In this document: positions 1 through 9,657 of the stretch, one piece after another
Numbering within the stretch: position 1 is the stretch's first letter
Layout of the letters: every line of letters begins with the position of its first letter
Assembly: GCA_964624065.1 (NCBI GenBank)
Contig: CAZUWF010000009.1
Coordinates: forward strand, 6,742 to 70,741
Length of the DNA stretch: 64,000 nucleotides
Direction: 5' to 3'
From: an uncultured Bacteroidales bacterium
GTDB lineage: Bacteria > Bacteroidota > Bacteroidia > Bacteroidales > UBA7960
The notes under the pieces: model-generated
Told to the model about the DNA's origin: nothing
Database searches by the model: none
Seen by the model: the letters and a program-made list of their open reading frames with translations, nothing else
Made by a program: the position numbers and the translations under genes

Positions 1-436
1 ATTGCATTGCCTGATTCAAAATTGGCAGGTATGCCCTTTGAGATTGTTTGATGGCGGCCACTAAAACCTTTTGAAGCCTTTCGGGCTTGATTATGGTTCG
101 TTCGGAGTTGGCGCAAAAAACAGGCGTTATCTCGTCAATGCCGCATTCGGTGGCCTTTTCCAAAAACCATTCCATTCGGTCAATGTTCTTGGTAGGCGCT
201 ATGGCAATGTGCAAACGTACCTTTCGTTTGGGCTGAATCTCGGTTTTTTCGATTTTTATTAAGCAACCCTTTTCGTGAGCCTCCAGTAGGGTCCCCTCGC
301 ACCATTGGCCTTTACCATCAGTAACCGCAACATTTGCCCCCTCTTTAAGTCTTAAAACTTTTATGGCGTGGTGCGATTCTTCTGGGTTGAGAATTGCAAA
401 ATCAGAATTAGGTATTGTGCCAATGAATTGGTTCAT
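1..436 (-). CDS. rsmE: 16S rRNA (uracil1498-N3)-methyltransferase RsmE, N-terminal part; the gene runs off the left edge
   Basis: Not in the ORF track because there is no stop in the window. My minus-strand translation from ATG at 436 gives MNQFIGTIPNSDFAILNPEESHHAIKVLRLKEGANVAVTDGKGQWCEG...RLHIAIAPTKNIDRMEWFLEKATECGIDEITPVFCANSER. This is the RsmE N-domain plus the start of the SPOUT domain. Confidence 0.8.
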   Translation of the reverse strand, partial: MNQFIGTIPNSDFAILNPEESHHAIKVLRLKEGANVAVTDGKGQWCEGTLLEAHEKGCLIKIEKTEIQPKRKVRLHIAIAPTKNIDRMEWFLEKATECGIDEITPVFCANSERTIIKPERLQKVLVAAIKQSQRAYLPILNQAMQ

Positions 437-816
437 TTTTGGTTGTATGGTGTAGTTTGAAAGTTTTAGGCTATAATTGCTTCATTTTGGATTTGGAGTT
501 TTAACATTTTTCCCAAATAATCATTGATTTTAAATATTTTCGAGCCTGGCAAATCTAATTCAACTAACTCTATTTCCGGGTTTTGATTCGGAGAAATAAT
601 ACCCTGAAATCTACTATGGATTCTTACCTCGAATACGACGGCTACAATATGACCGAAAATGACCGCCAACTTCAACCTTACTTCTAGTTTCTATTATAAA
701 TGAGTTTCTCAAAACTTTACAGCTAGGCCGAAGGTCAACTTTTATGTTTCTAAACCTGTGTAACTGTTATCCAAAAAATTGAAATGAACCTGCTTAAATT
801 TAAACAAAATTAACAA

Positions 817-2115
817 TTAACCCACAACTTGCAACTTCACATTTCGCTCAGACCAAATTAACACAGCCACGCCCAACAACAGGAAACCTATTGCAATTAC
901 AAACGTGATATAAAAGCCCCACCACTGGTAAAAAACTATTCCCATAATTGGGGCTACGGTTGCCCTGAGGGCGGTAAGAACCATATGTATTGATTGGTAA
1001 GTACCGGCTTCGTGTGGTTCGCAAAAATAGGCCGATCCTATGCTCCAGGTGAGAGACATGGTGGCTGCAAAAATACCGTGAAAAATGGTATATAAAACCA
1101 GCGTGAGATAAAGCGTTACATCCCACAATTCAACCCTTAGGTCTATGAATCTGGTCATAATCAGTGAAAAAATGAAAAGTGCCATCGACAAGAACGAATA
1201 ACTCGCAAAGCGGCGAGGATCTATCTTGCCAATCAACCTCCCAAAATACGGGAGGCTTGCAATTGCCAACAAATTGTAGGCATTCCTATAAAATGCCACA
1301 CTGGTGTAATTGAGTCCAAGTGCTTCGTTGAAGTAGAGTACTATTATCATCGTGGAGGCCATAAACCCAATACCGTAAAGCATAAAGCCCACTTGAAAGT
1401 GCAAAAAGGGGATGTTTGCCAAAAGGATTCTTTTCATATCCAACATTGAGTTTTTTATCCCTCCGAAAAAATTGCTCCTCAGCTCAGTATTCATCACCTC
1501 ATGGTAGGGTATTTGCGAAAGCACGAATAGTGAGAGCATAGCCAAACCTGCAATAATAGGAAAAACATATACAAAAACGAAGGGATCTTTGTCCAGCATC
1601 CAGCCATAAACGAAAGTTGTGGCAATCATTACCACTTTGTTTCCCGTGGTGGCATACGAATAAAGCGGTCCGAAGTTAATGTGCCTGTAAGAACTCTTCA
1701 GGAACAAGTTAATTGCAGGGAAAACAATCGGATTTGCCAGGAAATAAAACAAGAACACGCCCAAGAAAATGGCGTGGTAAACAGAGGCACCTGCCAATTG
1801 CTCGGGGCTTCTGGGAAAGAAAAGCAACAGGATGAGTGGTAGCCGGGTAACAATGGCAGTGTATTTGAGGAGCTTTCGCACATCCTTGACCCTTTTCAGG
1901 TACTCATTGAACACAATTAGAAGCAAGAACGGCACAACGCTAAACTGAAAAAGCAAGCTAACCTGATATCCCGAGCCCAAAAGGCTTTTTACGAACACAA
2001 ACTCGTTTAGGGCGATAACACCTGCAATGACACCCTCGATCAGAGAGTAGGTAAAATGAAGCGAAAAAGTAACCCTTTCGCGACGACTTAGATTTGAATG
2101 CCGGCTGACTATCAC
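817..2115 (-). CDS. polytopic membrane transporter, MFS-like (about 12 predicted TM helices)
   Basis: 432-aa ORF, hydrophobic throughout with regularly spaced helices. The family assignment is by general appearance only. Confidence 0.55.
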   Translation of the reverse strand: MIVSRHSNLSRRERVTFSLHFTYSLIEGVIAGVIALNEFVFVKSLLGSGYQVSLLFQFSVVPFLLLIVFNEYLKRVKDVRKLLKYTAIVTRLPLILLLFFPRSPEQLAGASVYHAIFLGVFLFYFLANPIVFPAINLFLKSSYRHINFGPLYSYATTGNKVVMIATTFVYGWMLDKDPFVFVYVFPIIAGLAMLSLFVLSQIPYHEVMNTELRSNFFGGIKNSMLDMKRILLANIPFLHFQVGFMLYGIGFMASTMIIVLYFNEALGLNYTSVAFYRNAYNLLAIASLPYFGRLIGKIDPRRFASYSFLSMALFIFSLIMTRFIDLRVELWDVTLYLTLVLYTIFHGIFAATMSLTWSIGSAYFCEPHEAGTYQSIHMVLTALRATVAPIMGIVFYQWWGFYITFVIAIGFLLLGVAVLIWSERNVKLQVVG

Positions 2116-2358
2116 TTTATTGGTACAAAAAATTAGGCGTTGAAAATTGAGAAGTTTAATTAGTTTTTGAAGTTTTCAGGTTGAGGAATGGACGGGCACA
2201 ACGATTAAGAAGCTAATGAGCTGCCAAAAAGGAAATTGCGATCATTTACAGGCAACCAACCATCAGGTGGCGGGATCGGAATTCATAAAGTCATCATTCA
2301 TAATATGCCAATTAATCCTCAGCAATTTTCCTTTAGATCTATACACGCCAATCCTCAC

Positions 2359-3504
2359 TCACCACCGGGACTCCCCCGCATTGTTAGGGGTAAAAAGCTT
2401 GGTGGCTACTTTAACTCCAAGCCATTGCACGTTGCCCGAAAGGACAGTACCGGTCTGGTTGTCAAAATTCATAAAATGGTACCTTGTGTAAAACCCCAGG
2501 AATAATTTTTTTGACACTGGCAGGCTAAACTCCAAAAGGGGTCCAAGTAAAAAGGAATTGATGTACTTGCCAGGATCGTCAAGCTCTGGGCCGGGATTTA
2601 TGGCCAAAATCGACTCGTAACCAGCCGAAAGGCCAACCTTTAAAAAAGGTCTTCTGTTGAATGAGAGTTGCACCCCGGCACTCAGTGAAATGCTGAGATT
2701 AGTGAAATTCCTTACAAGGTGGCGTTGGTACATGTATACAACCTCATACTCGTTCTTGCTTTCAAGAAAGGCCAAAGCCAGGTTAAGGTCGGCAAAAAAA
2801 CCTTTTCTCGACGCCCCAACCCCTATCCCTATTTGCGGGTGGTTGCCTAGCAATCCAAGGTTACCGCCTGGCCTCCACGCACCCATTGAAAGCCATGCTG
2901 TTGGCTTGAATAGATTGTCGTAGGCAGCCACCATCCTTTTGTGAAAAATGGTTCCTAGCCGTGTGTTTTCAAGTTTCTTGTCGTAAAGACTTCGCCAGGA
3001 AGCCTCGAAGTTATTGGAATAAAAATCGACAAAAAACCTTTCGGTCTCGCTCAGGTCCTCGTATCCGCCTAAATGTTCCGCAAGCTCCGTGGTAAAAGTG
3101 CTGAACGTGGGGTGAATCCTATCATACTCCCAACTGTAGTAATCCAGAAATCTATCGGGGTCTTTGGAGGAAGCTACCTCTTTATAATCGTGGAGGTAAT
3201 CCAAAATGTTGTCGGGCAGAAAATCTTCGCTAAAGGTGTTGCTGGATATTTGGTGCAGAATGTAAGTGCGCAGGAGTGGCTCTGACAGCCCACATACCAG
3301 ATCCCAATCGTGCAATACTTTAAATAGCGAATCAATATCGCCCTGTCGGTACATTACAGGTATTAATTCAGTAACCTCCATTGCCATTTCCTGGCAAAGG
3401 TGATTTGTTACAAAACCCAAAGGTGGCTGCTCTTGAGCAACCCCTGGGTTTGAAATTAGCAAGCCAAGTGCAATTTGCAGAATAATCAGCCCCTTTTTGG
3501 TCAT
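2359..3504 (-). CDS. secreted hypothetical protein; the C-terminal half looks like an outer-membrane beta-barrel
   Basis: Signal peptide MTKKGLIILQIALGLLISNPGVAQ. The C-terminal part shows an alternating hydrophobic pattern (GVQLSFNRRPFLKVGLSAGYESIL...LGFYTRYHFMNF). Confidence 0.5.
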   Translation of the reverse strand: MTKKGLIILQIALGLLISNPGVAQEQPPLGFVTNHLCQEMAMEVTELIPVMYRQGDIDSLFKVLHDWDLVCGLSEPLLRTYILHQISSNTFSEDFLPDNILDYLHDYKEVASSKDPDRFLDYYSWEYDRIHPTFSTFTTELAEHLGGYEDLSETERFFVDFYSNNFEASWRSLYDKKLENTRLGTIFHKRMVAAYDNLFKPTAWLSMGAWRPGGNLGLLGNHPQIGIGVGASRKGFFADLNLALAFLESKNEYEVVYMYQRHLVRNFTNLSISLSAGVQLSFNRRPFLKVGLSAGYESILAINPGPELDDPGKYINSFLLGPLLEFSLPVSKKLFLGFYTRYHFMNFDNQTGTVLSGNVQWLGVKVATKLFTPNNAGESRW

Positions 3505-3545
3505 ATCATTTTTTTCAAGCGGTCAGGAATGCCATGAAAACCGAG

Positions 3546-3553
3546 CAAAATTA
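3546..3553 (-). promoter_or_regulatory. candidate Bacteroidota -7 promoter box for the 2359-3504 gene
   Basis: The minus strand reads TAATTTTG, which fits TAnnTTTG. It lies 41 nt upstream of ATG 3504. Confidence 0.45.
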
Positions 3554-3574
3554 AAAATTTTGTTAAAAATTTTG
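3551..3574. repeat. perfect tandem duplication of a 12-nt unit (ttaaaaattttg x2) in a divergent promoter region
   Basis: Read directly: 3551-3562 and 3563-3574 are identical. Confidence 0.9.
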
Positions 3575-3612
3575 ACGGGGATTTTCGTCCATCAAACCTG
3601 AGTATTTTTGTT

Positions 3613-3620
3613 TACCTTTG
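3613..3620 (+). promoter_or_regulatory. candidate -7 promoter box for the TlpA-like gene pair
   Basis: TACCTTTG fits TAnnTTTG and lies 26 nt upstream of ATG 3647. Confidence 0.5.
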
Positions 3621-3646
3621 CAAATTGAATAAAAAAGCCCGAAAAC

Positions 3647-5053
3647 ATGAAAAATCTAGTGTACGTTCCAGTATTCGTTTTGCTGGTTGCTGCTTGCGCC
3701 GGTGTCCCTGAGGAAGCAAAGATTTCTGGCCAAATTGCCAACGCAACCGTTGAACAAGTTGAGGTGTATTACATCAAGGATTTCGTTACCAACGAGCGTG
3801 AGAGCCTGTTTCTCGAACTTGACCAAAACGGTTCTTTTGCGGGAATTCTGCCGCTTTCTAAAGGCCAATTTGCCCAATTGAAAATTGGTACGCGCGAAAT
3901 ACCGCTTTACCTACTGCCCGGAAGCGAGGTAAACGTTACTCTCGATGCCAGCTTACCTGACGATGCACCAATACTCAAAGGCAAGAAATATTTTGAAAGT
4001 GAGTTTTTGATTGAATACAACAACGAAATTCTTCCAAACCATTCAAGGTCGTTTTTCATTGGCGAGATTTCCACAAAAAACCCCGAAGAGTTTACTGCTG
4101 CCCTTGAAACCTCCCTTTCGGCAAAATTGTCTTTCCTTGCAGGACACGAAAATTATAAAAAATTTGATAAGGAGTTCGTATCTAGCCTCAAAACAATCTA
4201 TAAATACGAGAAGTTCGAACTCTTGATGCTTTACCCAAGGATTTGGGCTTCAGGCAATCCGGAAGCAGAATTGAATCTGCCCGACACTTACTATGATTTC
4301 CTACTCGAAGAGGGTGTCTTCAACGACTCGGCCGCACAATCCAGATCATATTTTGGATTTGCAGCCGAATACCTTTCAAAATGCCTGGCCGACAATAAGG
4401 TTGACCCTGACGATATGCAGGTTGGTTTCGAAAACAGCTTCAAAATGGCCAATGAGGTTTTTACTGGAAAAACCAGAGAAGCCATGGTTGCAAAGGGAAT
4501 GCTTGACCTGCTTCGATACGGTAACTTTAAAAGGGCAGTAGATCTTTACCCTCAGTTTAAGGAAAAAGTACCTTCTGGATTTTACTTTGATTTCGTTGCT
4601 GCCGAGCACGATAAGATTGCAGCCACGGCTCCAGGAAACCCTGCTCCCGATTTCACCCATGTCGACATTGATGGTAACAACGTTTCGATGGCCGATTTTA
4701 GGGGCAAGGTGGTTTACCTCGATTTCTGGGCAAGCTGGTGCGGTCCTTGTATGAGACAAATGCCCTTTTTGAAAGACCTGAAAAAACGCATGGAAGGCAA
4801 AGACGTGGTATTCCTTTACATTTCTGTTGACGAAGACCCAGAAGCCTGGAAGAAAACCGTGGCCGAAAAGGAAATCGAAGGGGTTCACCTGAATGTTCCG
4901 GGCAGGCAACACCCAGTTCCGGTGGCCTATGCGGTAAGAGGTATACCAAAGTTCATGCTTATTGGGCGCGATGGAAAGATCCTCGACAATGTTCCACCTA
5001 GACCAAGCAGCGATGCTATAGACCAAGCAATTTTAAGTGCTCTCGAATTGTAA
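3647..5053 (+). CDS. TlpA-like thiol:disulfide oxidoreductase lipoprotein with a large N-terminal domain of unknown function
   Basis: Lipoprotein-type signal (LLVAAC). C-terminal thioredoxin fold with GKVVYLDFWASWCGPC (WCGPC active site). Confidence 0.85.
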   Translation: MKNLVYVPVFVLLVAACAGVPEEAKISGQIANATVEQVEVYYIKDFVTNERESLFLELDQNGSFAGILPLSKGQFAQLKIGTREIPLYLLPGSEVNVTLDASLPDDAPILKGKKYFESEFLIEYNNEILPNHSRSFFIGEISTKNPEEFTAALETSLSAKLSFLAGHENYKKFDKEFVSSLKTIYKYEKFELLMLYPRIWASGNPEAELNLPDTYYDFLLEEGVFNDSAAQSRSYFGFAAEYLSKCLADNKVDPDDMQVGFENSFKMANEVFTGKTREAMVAKGMLDLLRYGNFKRAVDLYPQFKEKVPSGFYFDFVAAEHDKIAATAPGNPAPDFTHVDIDGNNVSMADFRGKVVYLDFWASWCGPCMRQMPFLKDLKKRMEGKDVVFLYISVDEDPEAWKKTVAEKEIEGVHLNVPGRQHPVPVAYAVRGIPKFMLIGRDGKILDNVPPRPSSDAIDQAILSALEL

Positions 5054-5087
5054 AATTTCTTAACAATCAAATTTTTTAACACAAACA

Positions 5088-6503
5088 ATGAAAAAACTAA
5101 TCTTTTTATCCTTCCTGATAATTGCCGCTTCCTGTGGTTCAAAAAAATCAGGCGATTTTACCGTTAGCGGGGTTATCAGCAACCTTTTTTCTGAAGAAGT
5201 TACTGTTTTTTACCCAAAGAATGCCATTTCAAAAGATATGGAGGAGGTTAGTGCAAAGCTTGACGAAAACAAAGCTTTCACCATTACTCTAAACCTGCCA
5301 GAAGCCAAGATTGGATTCATAAGGATAGGAACAACCCAGTTTCCTTTATATCTTATTCCCGGAGGCAACATCAACCTGACCTACGATGCCCTCCTTCCCG
5401 ATTCACTTCCGGTTGTTACGGGCAAGAAATCCAGCGAGACCACCTTTATTTTTGACTTTATGAAGCATAGTCAAGAAAAGTATGGCCGGGAGTGGCTTTT
5501 CGAAACATTTGCAAAGAATTACGATGAGTTCATTCCTGTCATAGAGGAAGCCTACAAGGAAAAACTGTCATTCTTGAAAGGGTTCAAAGGAACCAACAAG
5601 CTTGACAAATCTTTCAGGAAGATGATGGAAGCCGATTTCTTGTTCGATAAAAAGCTCAGCCTGCTAAATTATCCAGAGTATTATGGCTTCCTATCACAAG
5701 GGGCAAAGCCAAACATACCCGACGATTTTATGAGTTTTGTTGACGACAAGAAACTATTTAACGACAAGTATCTTACATCGCAGTATTACATCGCATTCGT
5801 AAACACCGTTTTGGAAAAGAAAGTAGGGGAGAAGGTAAATGCAAGCCAGGAGGAATTTAATGCCGATTCCTACCTTTCGGCTCAATTTCAGCTTGCCAAT
5901 GAAATGTTTACAGGCAAAACCCGCGAACTAGCCGTTGCAGGCCTGATGGAAAACATTTTTGGCTATGCCTCCAAGGAATTGGCAATTGAAAAATACGAAG
6001 AGTTCAAAAGTTTGGTCAAAAATCAGGAGTACTTGGATCATGTTGAAGCAATGTACCGCGCATCCATTGCACTATCGGTTGGCCAGCCTGCCCCCAACTT
6101 TACCCTTACCGACATTAATGGCAACAAAGTTTCGCTGAGTGATTTTGCCGGCAAGGTGGTGTACCTCGATTTTTGGGCAAGTTGGTGTGGTCCTTGCTTG
6201 CAGCAAATTCCAAGTGCGCGTGAATTGAAAAAGAGAATGGAAGGCAAGGACGTGGTATTCCTTTACGTATCCCTCGACGAGGATCAGGAAGCCTGGAAGA
6301 AAAAAGTTGCCGAGGAGAAATTGGAAGGTGTGCACCTTAATGCCCCGGGGCTTCAGCAAGAGGTTGCCAAGCTCTACAATGTTCGCGGAGTACCTACTTT
6401 TTTCATTATTGGTAAAGATGGATTGATTTTCGACAATCGCCCGCCAAGGCCTAGCGATGAAAATATTGATAGTGTTTTGCTTGCCGCCCTCGTAGAAGAA
6501 TAA
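5088..6503 (+). CDS. TlpA-like thiol:disulfide oxidoreductase lipoprotein, tandem paralog of 3647-5053
   Basis: Signal IIAASC. Same architecture and the same GKVVYLDFWASWCGPC block as its neighbour. Confidence 0.85.
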   Translation: MKKLIFLSFLIIAASCGSKKSGDFTVSGVISNLFSEEVTVFYPKNAISKDMEEVSAKLDENKAFTITLNLPEAKIGFIRIGTTQFPLYLIPGGNINLTYDALLPDSLPVVTGKKSSETTFIFDFMKHSQEKYGREWLFETFAKNYDEFIPVIEEAYKEKLSFLKGFKGTNKLDKSFRKMMEADFLFDKKLSLLNYPEYYGFLSQGAKPNIPDDFMSFVDDKKLFNDKYLTSQYYIAFVNTVLEKKVGEKVNASQEEFNADSYLSAQFQLANEMFTGKTRELAVAGLMENIFGYASKELAIEKYEEFKSLVKNQEYLDHVEAMYRASIALSVGQPAPNFTLTDINGNKVSLSDFAGKVVYLDFWASWCGPCLQQIPSARELKKRMEGKDVVFLYVSLDEDQEAWKKKVAEEKLEGVHLNAPGLQQEVAKLYNVRGVPTFFIIGKDGLIFDNRPPRPSDENIDSVLLAALVEE

Positions 6504-6524
6504 GAGTTTCTTTTTACACTTCTG

Positions 6525-6562
6525 CTGCCCTGAATCGGAATGATTTTGGGCAGTTTTTTTGT
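6525..6562 (+). terminator. rho-independent terminator after the TlpA-like pair
   Basis: CTGCCC (6525-6530) pairs with GGGCAG (6548-6553). An inner AATC/GATT pairing is present. A T7 run follows. Confidence 0.7.
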
Positions 6563-6673
6563 TTTATGAAATTTTGGTTTTACCTTCGTCGTCTAATTTT
6601 GAAAGAAAACTGCCATTTCAACAATACTTAATTGAGCTTTGGAAAGGTTTTTTGCCCTACAATTATTGGTAAC

Positions 6674-7315
6674 ATGACTGCAGAAATTAACTCGCAAATG
6701 GCCAGCGAAAACACGATGGACGATTACAAGAAGGTTGATCTCTACAATGCGGAGAAGATCAGTCAAATTGCCTCGCACTACCAGATGGTTTTGGAGCTTA
6801 TTGGCGAAGACCCCTCGCGCGAGGGATTGCTGGATACTCCTGTTCGGGTGGCCAAGGCCATGCAGTTCCTAACACACGGATACGATCTCAACCCTGCCGA
6901 GATACTCAAGTCTGCTATGTTTGCCGAAGATTACAAGCAAATGGTTATCGTTAAGGACATTGAGATCTACTCGTTGTGCGAGCACCACATGTTGCCTTTT
7001 GTGGGCAAGGCTCACGTGGCTTACATTCCAAACAGGCACATTGTGGGCTTGAGCAAGATACCTCGGGTTGTGGATGCTTTTGCCCGCAGGTTGCAGGTTC
7101 AAGAAAGACTCACCACCCAAATAAAGGATTGCATTCAGGACACCTTGAATCCATTGGGAGTCGCAGTGGTTATAGAAGCCCACCACTATTGCATGATGAT
7201 GCGGGGAATACAAAAACAAAACTCGGTTACCACCACTTCCGATTTTACCGGAGCCTTTCTAACGAGTAAGACGCGTGAAGAATTTATACACCTAATCGGA
7301 AGCAAATTACACTGA
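6674..7315 (+). CDS. folE: GTP cyclohydrolase I
   Basis: [13 protein letters not shown]...[51 protein letters not shown] is the FolE signature. The track start 6632 is TTG, so I prefer ATG 6674; ATG 6698 is also possible. Confidence 0.9.
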   Translation: MTAEINSQMASENTMDDYKKVDLYNAEKISQIASHYQMVLELIGEDPSREGLLDTPVRVAKAMQFLTHGYDLNPAEILKSAMFAEDYKQMVIVKDIEIYSLCEHHMLPFVGKAHVAYIPNRHIVGLSKIPRVVDAFARRLQVQERLTTQIKDCIQDTLNPLGVAVVIEAHHYCMMMRGIQKQNSVTTTSDFTGAFLTSKTREEFIHLIGSKLH

Positions 7316-8386
7316 TCCACTAAGGAATTTTCGAGCCTTATTTCCTCTCGCATCATTTCCCACATAGTTACCAAAGTTTATCGAAGACCTAAGCAGAAAA
7401 CCTGCCGTCAACGTTTTGGGAATTGCAGATGTTGATCACAATTTCCTTCAAGAAAATATCCAGAACTCCTTAACCAACTGTGACAAAAGGAATAACCTGG
7501 AGGATTACAACGAGATTTTAAGCGTGGTTGCGTGCTTTAAAGCACTAGCACGGAAAGATCGATCCCCCGGACCCTTCAAACAAGTTCTGGTTGATCAAAG
7601 CTGCAAGGCTTAGCAATGATTTCAACATTATTGGGCTCAAAACCGATGTTATAAAGGATATGCGGTCCAAACCATAATTGAATAAGAGGTTCGTGAACGC
7701 AGGGATTGAAGTTGTCCCCACCAAGGTTGTTGAAGATTTTTTAACCTCCACCGAATTCCTTATACTGGCTGGTTATCCGGGGGTAGCCTTGCCCGATATG
7801 GCAGTGGAGGCAATGTTTGTTTGCAAAATTTACAACCAAATCCAGCTAGGGTACTTCTTTGCCAACACGCCTGTCGTTGGTTTTTTCTCAGGCATCCCAA
7901 ATATTTTGATGGGTCTTAGGCCATAAGCTGCAGTTACTACCCCAAACACTTTATTGGCCAAAATCCTGACTCCAGCATTTCCACAAGTCGCCCTATTCTT
8001 TTATGCCAAATTTGAACAATTCGTGGTACCTGCAGTGGAATAAAAAATCAAAAATAATAATCTACCCGGGACAGGGTGCCCGGGAAGAAACTATTGTTCG
8101 CTATGCCACTCAACTGGAGGCCATTTTCAGGATCAAGAACATTCAGGCATTTATGACTACTGCGGGTACAATATAAACCACGATTGGCCCTGGAAGGAAA
8201 AGCAATTTTCCCACCCTGTGAGAATTTTTTTGTAATCATTTACAAAAACCAAGACCGGAAAACCTCCTCACGTTGCAACTTTAACATACAAGGAGTAAGT
8301 AGGCCTGTTTTTTTTTGTGAAACCATGAGCCTGCATTTTTTACATCCTTAATTGCGAAACCCGCCGGCCGTGCCCAGGGGACAATT

Positions 8387-9649
8387 CTAAATGGAGTACC
8401 CGTTGGGTATTATTGCCCCTTTTTTAACTATTACAATCCCGTCTTTAACCCAGTAAAGGTCATTTTCGGTTTCTGCCAAATGTTTCCCGCCATTTATTCT
8501 CACGTCATCGCCAATGCAGCAGTTGCGATCAAGAATACAGTTGTTCAGGTAACTCCGCTCACCCACTCCCATTATTGCCTCGCCTAGCTTTCCCGATTTG
8601 ATGTCATCTAGATTTTGAAAATAATCGTTGCCCATCAGGTAGGAGTTTTCTACTGTGGTCCCCTTACCTATTCTCGACCTGATTCCAATTACCGAGCGCA
8701 CGATGCGGCTTGCGTTTATTATACAGCCATCTGCAACAACCGTTTTTTCAAGCGTGGTGCCTGAGATCTTTGATGGAGGCAGCATCCTTGCACGGGTATA
8801 CACGTACTTTGAGTTGTCGAACAGATTGAACTTTGGTATCTCGTCAGTAAGGCCAAGGTTGGCTTCCCAAAATGATTCGATGGTTCCAATGTCGGTCCAG
8901 TAACCACTGTAAGGAAAACTCGCCACCTTGTATTTCTTAATTGCTTGTGGTATTATTCCTTTTCCAAAATCTGTTGCATCTTCCTTCATCAATTTTTCCA
9001 AAAGCTCGCGATTGAAAAGGTAAATGCCCATTGATGCCAAATAAACCCTTCCCTGACTTTTCATTTCGTCTCCCACCTCCGATTCCCATAGTGGCAAAAC
9101 ATCGTGGCTTGGTTTTTCTATGAACTCCACAATGCGGTTGCCATTGTCGGTCTTCAAAATTCCAAATCCGGCGGCATCCTTTGCATTAACCGGCAGGGTG
9201 GCGATAGATATACCAGCTTTTGACTTTGCGTGCGCTTCTATCATCTCGTCGAAGTCCATTTGGTACAGTTGATCGCCCGAAAGTATAAGTGCATGCTCGA
9301 ACTCGTAGGTATCGAAGTGGTGCATGCACTTCCTAACGGCATCCGCGGTACCTTCGAACCAGTTCTTGTTGTGGGGTGTTTGCTCGGCAGCCAAAACATC
9401 AACAAAGGATTCGGAAAAATGACCGAATTGGTAGGTGTTCTTAAGGTGCTTGTTGAGCGATGCCGAGTTGAACTGGGTGAGCACGAAAATCCTATCTATA
9501 CCTGAGTTTAGGCAGTTGGAAACAGGGATGTCAACCAGCCTATACTTGCCCCCTATGGGTACGGCAGGCTTAGATCTTTCGCTTGTAAGGGGAGCCAACC
9601 TACTACCTTGGCCACCTCCAAGAATGATTGCTAGCGTTTTCTTTTTCAT
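8387..9649 (-). CDS. glgC: glucose-1-phosphate adenylyltransferase
   Basis: MKKKTLAIILGGGQGSRLAPLTSERSKPAVPIGGKYRLVDIPVSNCLNSG. I use the start at the internal ATG, which leaves an 8-nt gap after glgA. The track start 9709 would overlap glgA. Confidence 0.9.
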   Translation of the reverse strand: MKKKTLAIILGGGQGSRLAPLTSERSKPAVPIGGKYRLVDIPVSNCLNSGIDRIFVLTQFNSASLNKHLKNTYQFGHFSESFVDVLAAEQTPHNKNWFEGTADAVRKCMHHFDTYEFEHALILSGDQLYQMDFDEMIEAHAKSKAGISIATLPVNAKDAAGFGILKTDNGNRIVEFIEKPSHDVLPLWESEVGDEMKSQGRVYLASMGIYLFNRELLEKLMKEDATDFGKGIIPQAIKKYKVASFPYSGYWTDIGTIESFWEANLGLTDEIPKFNLFDNSKYVYTRARMLPPSKISGTTLEKTVVADGCIINASRIVRSVIGIRSRIGKGTTVENSYLMGNDYFQNLDDIKSGKLGEAIMGVGERSYLNNCILDRNCCIGDDVRINGGKHLAETENDLYWVKDGIVIVKKGAIIPNGYSI

Positions 9650-9657
9650 AGTATCAG

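Noticed and set aside
466-690. 69-aa minus-strand ORF between the MFS-like gene and rsmE
   Set aside because: The frame has no ATG, only a TTG start, and no family is recognisable. It may be a gene fragment, but I cannot support it as a CDS.
8048-8239. 63-aa minus-strand ORF downstream of glgC
   Set aside because: The sequence is not protein-like. Its 3' end is made of the CCCGGG-N8-CCCGGG hairpin. I treat it as part of the ORF-poor spacer finding instead.
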